From the NCBI RefSeq assembly GCF_009914755.1, contig NC_060925.1: 64,000 bases of DNA; one strand, 5' to 3'. Below the pieces are notes generated by a model. The model saw only the letters and a program-made list of their open reading frames with translations. It was not told where the DNA came from and searched no databases. How positions within the stretch are numbered: position 1 is the first letter of the stretch; each line of letters starts with the position of its first letter. Both the position numbers and the translations under genes were made by a program. Source of the DNA: the human T2T-CHM13v2.0 reference genome, Homo sapiens. Below, piece after piece: positions 59,615-64,000 of the stretch.

Positions 59615-59766
59615 TTTTTTTTTTTTTAATTACATCTGAGAGCAGAGGCTTTATTTACAATGATATTCAAACAGGATTTAGCAAAGGATACCTCCTCCTG
59701 CTCGTATCTTAGCAGCATGGGTTGTACTTCATAACAGAAAAGAGAAATATCCTGGGAGCAGGAAGT
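59615..59766 (-). pseudogene. Short retroposed mRNA 3' end (source gene unidentified)
   Basis: Minus strand ...gtaAATAAAgcctctgctctcagatgtaatt(A)13; poly(A) signal at 59650-59655, 22 nt from the tail. Non-TE sequence inside an LTR. Confidence 0.75.
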
Positions 59767-61203
59767 TCCATGCCTTGCTTCTGCTTTGCCATCTGTCATG
59801 ACTGAAAGCTCCCTGAGGCCTCCTCAGAAGCAGATGCTACCACGCTTCCTGAACAGCCTACAGAACCATGAGCCAGCTAAACCTCTTTTCTTCTAAGTTA
59901 CCCAATCTCAGGTATTTCTTTATAGCAGTGTGTGGATGGACTAATACAAAAAGCATACTGGCCCCAGGAGAGGCCAGTCCCTCCCTGCCAGAAAGATTGG
60001 GGTTTGTTTGTTCGTGTTTTTTTTTTTTGTTGTTGTTGGTTTCCTTTGTAAAAGATGTCAAAACAGCATACTATACAGAAAACTTTAAATGTGTATATAA
60101 TACAATAAGAACTTTAAGTTACATAGTCACACATCAGACTATTTTCTCATATAATTTGAGAGATGCCTTGAAACACGGTTATGTATAAATGAGACTGATT
60201 TGACTGACTCCTCATATAGTCATTGTCTACGATTATGTACTAAATCAGCTAATTTCCAGTGCTAAGAAGTGATTTGTGTGTATTTCTCTGCTGAAAAGTT
60301 ATGAAAACTCTTCCAATTAGGAGTCATTTTACATATGCCTTGTTTTATAAATACCTATCTTTCTTTTATTGCTGGTATTATTATTACCCTATGACTATTG
60401 GTGTGGGGTGGGAAGGATTCTTGTTTTGTCAGGAGCTCCAAGAAATGAGACCATCATTTCTCCCCATGGGATGGGAGTGGTCAGGACTCCAAGCCTTGGG
60501 ACCGAGCTGAAGATCCTATCTCACTGACTGCTCCACCTTTTCCTTATTCAGACAGGTTCTGTCAAAGCTGCTGCTGCTGTTCAAGGGTGACAGAACATGA
60601 CCTCCACAGAGCACAGGAGAATTCAAGACGAATTGAAATTTCAGGTAATTTATAGAAATGTAACAAACATTTTTTGCTGATAAAGAGGATCTCACTCATG
60701 ATCAGAGCCATTAATCTCTAAGACCTAACTGAACAAAAAGTTTTATTCACCTAAAATGTAATATTCTATTAGTGGTGGAGAAAATATTTACATTTGTGAA
60801 AATGGTAGATACAGAAATCATCTGAACTTCAGTTATTGAAAATACACACATTTATTGAATAATGACTAGATCCAATGACCTGGACTAGATATTGTAAGGA
60901 ATGGAACAATACTCAAGACATGGTGTTTGCCCTCAAAATACTTGCAATCTAAAAAGGAAAAGACCAAGTATGCAGGGTAGGATCATCTATATTTTCATCA
61001 GTATAGGAAGACCTGTAGACCCCTAGACTCTACCTCCCTTATCCTTACTTCTCTGTACAAAAGCTCCAACTCACTTTCCAAAATTCCCTTCCTCTTTGAA
61101 AGCCTCTCCAGATCTTCCAAACATGGAGTCACACCCTGCTTGATACTCTTCCAACAACTTGTATTTACTTCTCCAAGAGTGCCCATTAAATTACACAGGT
61201 TGG

Positions 61204-61893
61204 GGCTGGGCACAGTGGCTCATGCCTGTAATCCCAGCACTTTGGGAGGCTGAGGTGGGTGGATCACGTGGTCAGGAGTTCGTGACCAACCTGGCCAATA
61301 TGATGAGACCCCCGCCTCTACTAAAAATACAAAAATTAGCCGGGTGTGGTGGCGGGTGCCTGTAATCCCAGCTACTCGGGAGGCTGAGGCAGAGAATTGC
61401 TGGAACCTGATGTCACACGCATCCGTGTGAAGAGACCACCAAACAGGCTTTTTGTGAGCAACAAGTCTGTTTATTTCACCTGGGTGCAGGCAAGCTGAGT
61501 CTGAAAAGAGAGTCAGCGAAGGGAGATAGGGGTGGGGCCATTTTGTAGGATTTGGGTAGGTAATGGAAAATTACAGTCAAAGGGGGTTGTTCTTCGGCGG
61601 GCAGGGGTGGGAGTCACAAGGTGCTTAGTGGGGGAGCTTCTGAGCCAGGAGAAGGAATTTCACAAGGTAATGTCATCAGTTAAGGCAGGAACTGGCCATT
61701 TTCACTTCTTTTGTGATTCTTCATTTGCTTCAGGCCATCTGGATGTATACGTGCAGGTCACAGGGATATGATGGCTTAGCTTGGGCTCAGAGGCCTGACA
61801 CCTGAGAGGCAGAGGTTACAGTCAGCTGAGATCACCCCACTGCACTCCAGCCTGGATGACAGAGCGAGACTCCACCTAAAAAAAAAAAAAAAA
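61204..61893 (+). mobile_element. AluS(g-like) interrupted by LTR7
   Basis: Alu halves join across cctga; TSD aaatt(t)acacaggttg. Confidence 0.92.
61411..61800 (-). mobile_element. Solo LTR7 (HERV-H)
   Basis: Minus strand tgtcaggcctctgagcccaagctaagccatcatatccc...ggtggtctcttcacacggatgcgtgtgaca; perfect 5-bp TSD cctga (61406-61410 / 61801-61805). Confidence 0.95.
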
Positions 61894-61899
61894 TTTACA

Positions 61900-62669
61900 C
61901 AGGTTGAACATCCCTTACTCGAAAATCTGAAATCTGAAATGCTCCAAAATGCAAAACGCTTTGAACACTAACATGATGCCACAAGTGGAAAATTTCACGC
62001 CTGACCTAATGTGATGGGTTGTAGTACAAACACAGGTGCGTAACATACAGTTTATCCAGCATCCCCAAAGAAAAAAACAAAATTACCTTCGGGTTACATA
62101 TGTGATATAACTTGGATCTTTCTCCTCGCCGAAATTTCACAACGAATTGTTAGAGGTGGAGCCTGGGGGAAGGTGATTGTATCATGAGGGTGATGTCTGA
62201 TGAATGGTTCAGCACCATCCTCTTGGTGTTCTCGTGATAGTGAGTCAGTTCTCGCAAGATCTGGCTGTTTAAAAGTGCATAGCACCTCCTCCCTTGCTTT
62301 CTCTCTTCCTCCTGCTCTGGCCATGTGAAATGTCTGCTCCCCCTTCAACTGCAACCATAATTGTAAGTTTTCTGAGGCATCTCCAGAAGCCAAGCAGATG
62401 CCACTATGCTTCCTGTACAGCCTGCAGAACCGTGAGCTAATTAAACCTCTTTTCTTTGTAAATTACCCAGTCTCGGGTATTTCTTTATAGCAACGTGAGG
62501 ATGGACTAATACAGTATGTAAGGTATTATATGAAACATAAACGAATTTCCCATTGAGTCCCATTCTGAAAATATCTCATTACATATGCACAAATATTCCA
62601 AAGTTCAAAAAAATTCAGCATTCAAAACACTCTGGTCCCATACATTTTGGATAAGGGATACACAACATT
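61900..62669. mobile_element. Tigger4b (Zombi/MER46-type) DNA transposon split by MSTA
   Basis: TIRs caggttgaacatccctta / taagggatacacaac; internal gaaaatctgaaatctgaaatgctccaaaat. Confidence 0.85.
62103..62513 (+). mobile_element. MSTA solo LTR
   Basis: tgatataacttggatc...ggtatttctttatagcaacgtgaggatggactaataca; 5-bp TSD atatg/gtatg. Confidence 0.9.
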
Positions 62670-64000
62670 TATTGCAGTGTCTGTTGCCCCTTTCACACTC
62701 CTCCAATAAGAGCATGAGCTCTTCAAGTTGAAATCATCCTTTGAGTAATCTTTTCCCCTCCTGCAAGCTCACAGTTGCCTTACAGCACACGTTTTGGTAC
62801 AGGGTCCCATTGTAACTGTTAAATAGATGAAGGCATAGATTATTGAATGAATTGAAGACAGATGAAAATGTACAAGTACAGGTTTCCACCCAGTGTGACA
62901 GATCTTAGTCTTAGTTTTGTTCTGCTTAAATATCAATGGTGTTTTGTTTGTACCTCAGGTGTCCCAATTTCTAAGCACAACAAATTACCCCTGCCTGGAT
63001 TGCCTTAGCTGGCCAAGTGGAGAAGAACATGCCAGCTGCCCTCCAAAATTTTATCCAAGAACAGAGCTGAAGCAAAACCAACTTCTCAGAACTGGAAGGA
63101 GTTTGTACTAGAGAGAACAGTTTACCGATAACTTCAGTTTTTAAATGATTCACATTGGCTACAATAGCCAAAAAATAGTGGACTCCACCAAGGCACTTGT
63201 GCTGAAAGCTTGGATTTCAAGCTGAGAGAATTAAAGTGTTCAAATTTCAATGTTGGTTGGCTTGACATTTTTCTACCTGAATGTTTTGGCTATTCAGCGA
63301 ACAGCTTGCATAGCCTGTATGGTTACCATGGAGCCCATGGTAGACTGAATACCGCTTAAATCTTCTAAATCCTCCTGTTAAAGGATTTTATCCCACTCTC
63401 TGCTTCTTCCAACAAAATAAAATTTGAATGGTGGCAGTCAGTAGGTGACTCAGAACAAGTTATTGATTTTCAGTTTCTCAACTTATAAAACAGAGATGTG
63501 ATTTCTTATTTTATAACATTTTGCTAAGTATCTTATCAGTAATTAGGTTTTGATATCTATAAAATACACTGAATTCCTTAGAATTAATGCTCTCTGGTGT
63601 TTCTAATTTGAAAAAAAACCTTAAAATATCTATAATGAAATACACAAATAATATCTGGTAATTCTGCTAAATGTGTAATTTTTAAAATATTTTTAATTTC
63701 AAAAATAAATAAATTAGAAAGTAACACCTTGATTTCTTTCTCTCAGGACTAGAAAGACAGTTCTGTGTTGTTATTGCAGTTCTTTCTTTTGCCTTAATCA
63801 TTGATTCATCTTTAATTTATCAGGCAGCATTTTCCCAAGGGATCTAAGACACTTTATTTTTAGTGTAAGAGATTTGTAATTTTTTTCTCTCTGTTTTAAA
63901 AAATATGCAATTATCCACACATAAACTAATAAGAAATGTCATACTGGTACACATCTCAGCTTTACTGGCTAGAGAATTCTGTCCCTATAAACAGTATAAA

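Larger units (their letters stand above)
59098..59948 (+). mobile_element. MSTA solo LTR split by a composite insertion
   Basis: tgatatgatttggatttgtgtccc...ccagccgtgtaa | ...atgccttgcttc...ggactaataca; 5-bp TSD aaaag (59093-59097 / 59949-59953). Confidence 0.88.

Overview
Primate (most likely human) AT-rich genomic DNA, intergenic or deep-intronic. I can support no intact protein-coding gene, rRNA, tRNA or CRISPR array. Roughly half or more of the window is transposon-derived. It holds two full-length, inactivated L1PA elements arranged tail-to-tail (42.5-48.5 kb +, 49.8-56.1 kb -), a complete two-LTR MER31-type ERV1 provirus with a 4-bp TSD (27.7-33.0 kb), and solo LTRs (MER39-like, LTR1/MER52-group, MLT2A2, MER34-like, MST, LTR7/HERV-H). 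It also holds about 19 Alus or Alu fragments, MIR/L2/MER5/Tigger4 relics, a 7SL RNA retropseudogene and a processed NDUFS5 pseudogene. Subfamily names are from recalled consensus sequences, not a database search. I found no demonstrably new biological system. The most unexplained structures are: (i) a 1.35-kb GC-rich, 3'UTR-like island of unknown origin (10.8-12.16 kb); (ii) a three-part composite insertion inside an MST LTR (59.3-59.8 kb); (iii) an uninterrupted NDUFS5 retro-ORF that reads through into an inverted Alu head; (iv) repeated reuse of the same L1-endonuclease sites; (v) a ~6-kb L1 inverted repeat pairing 5'UTRs with and without the ZNF93-binding segment, one of them with an intact ORF0.
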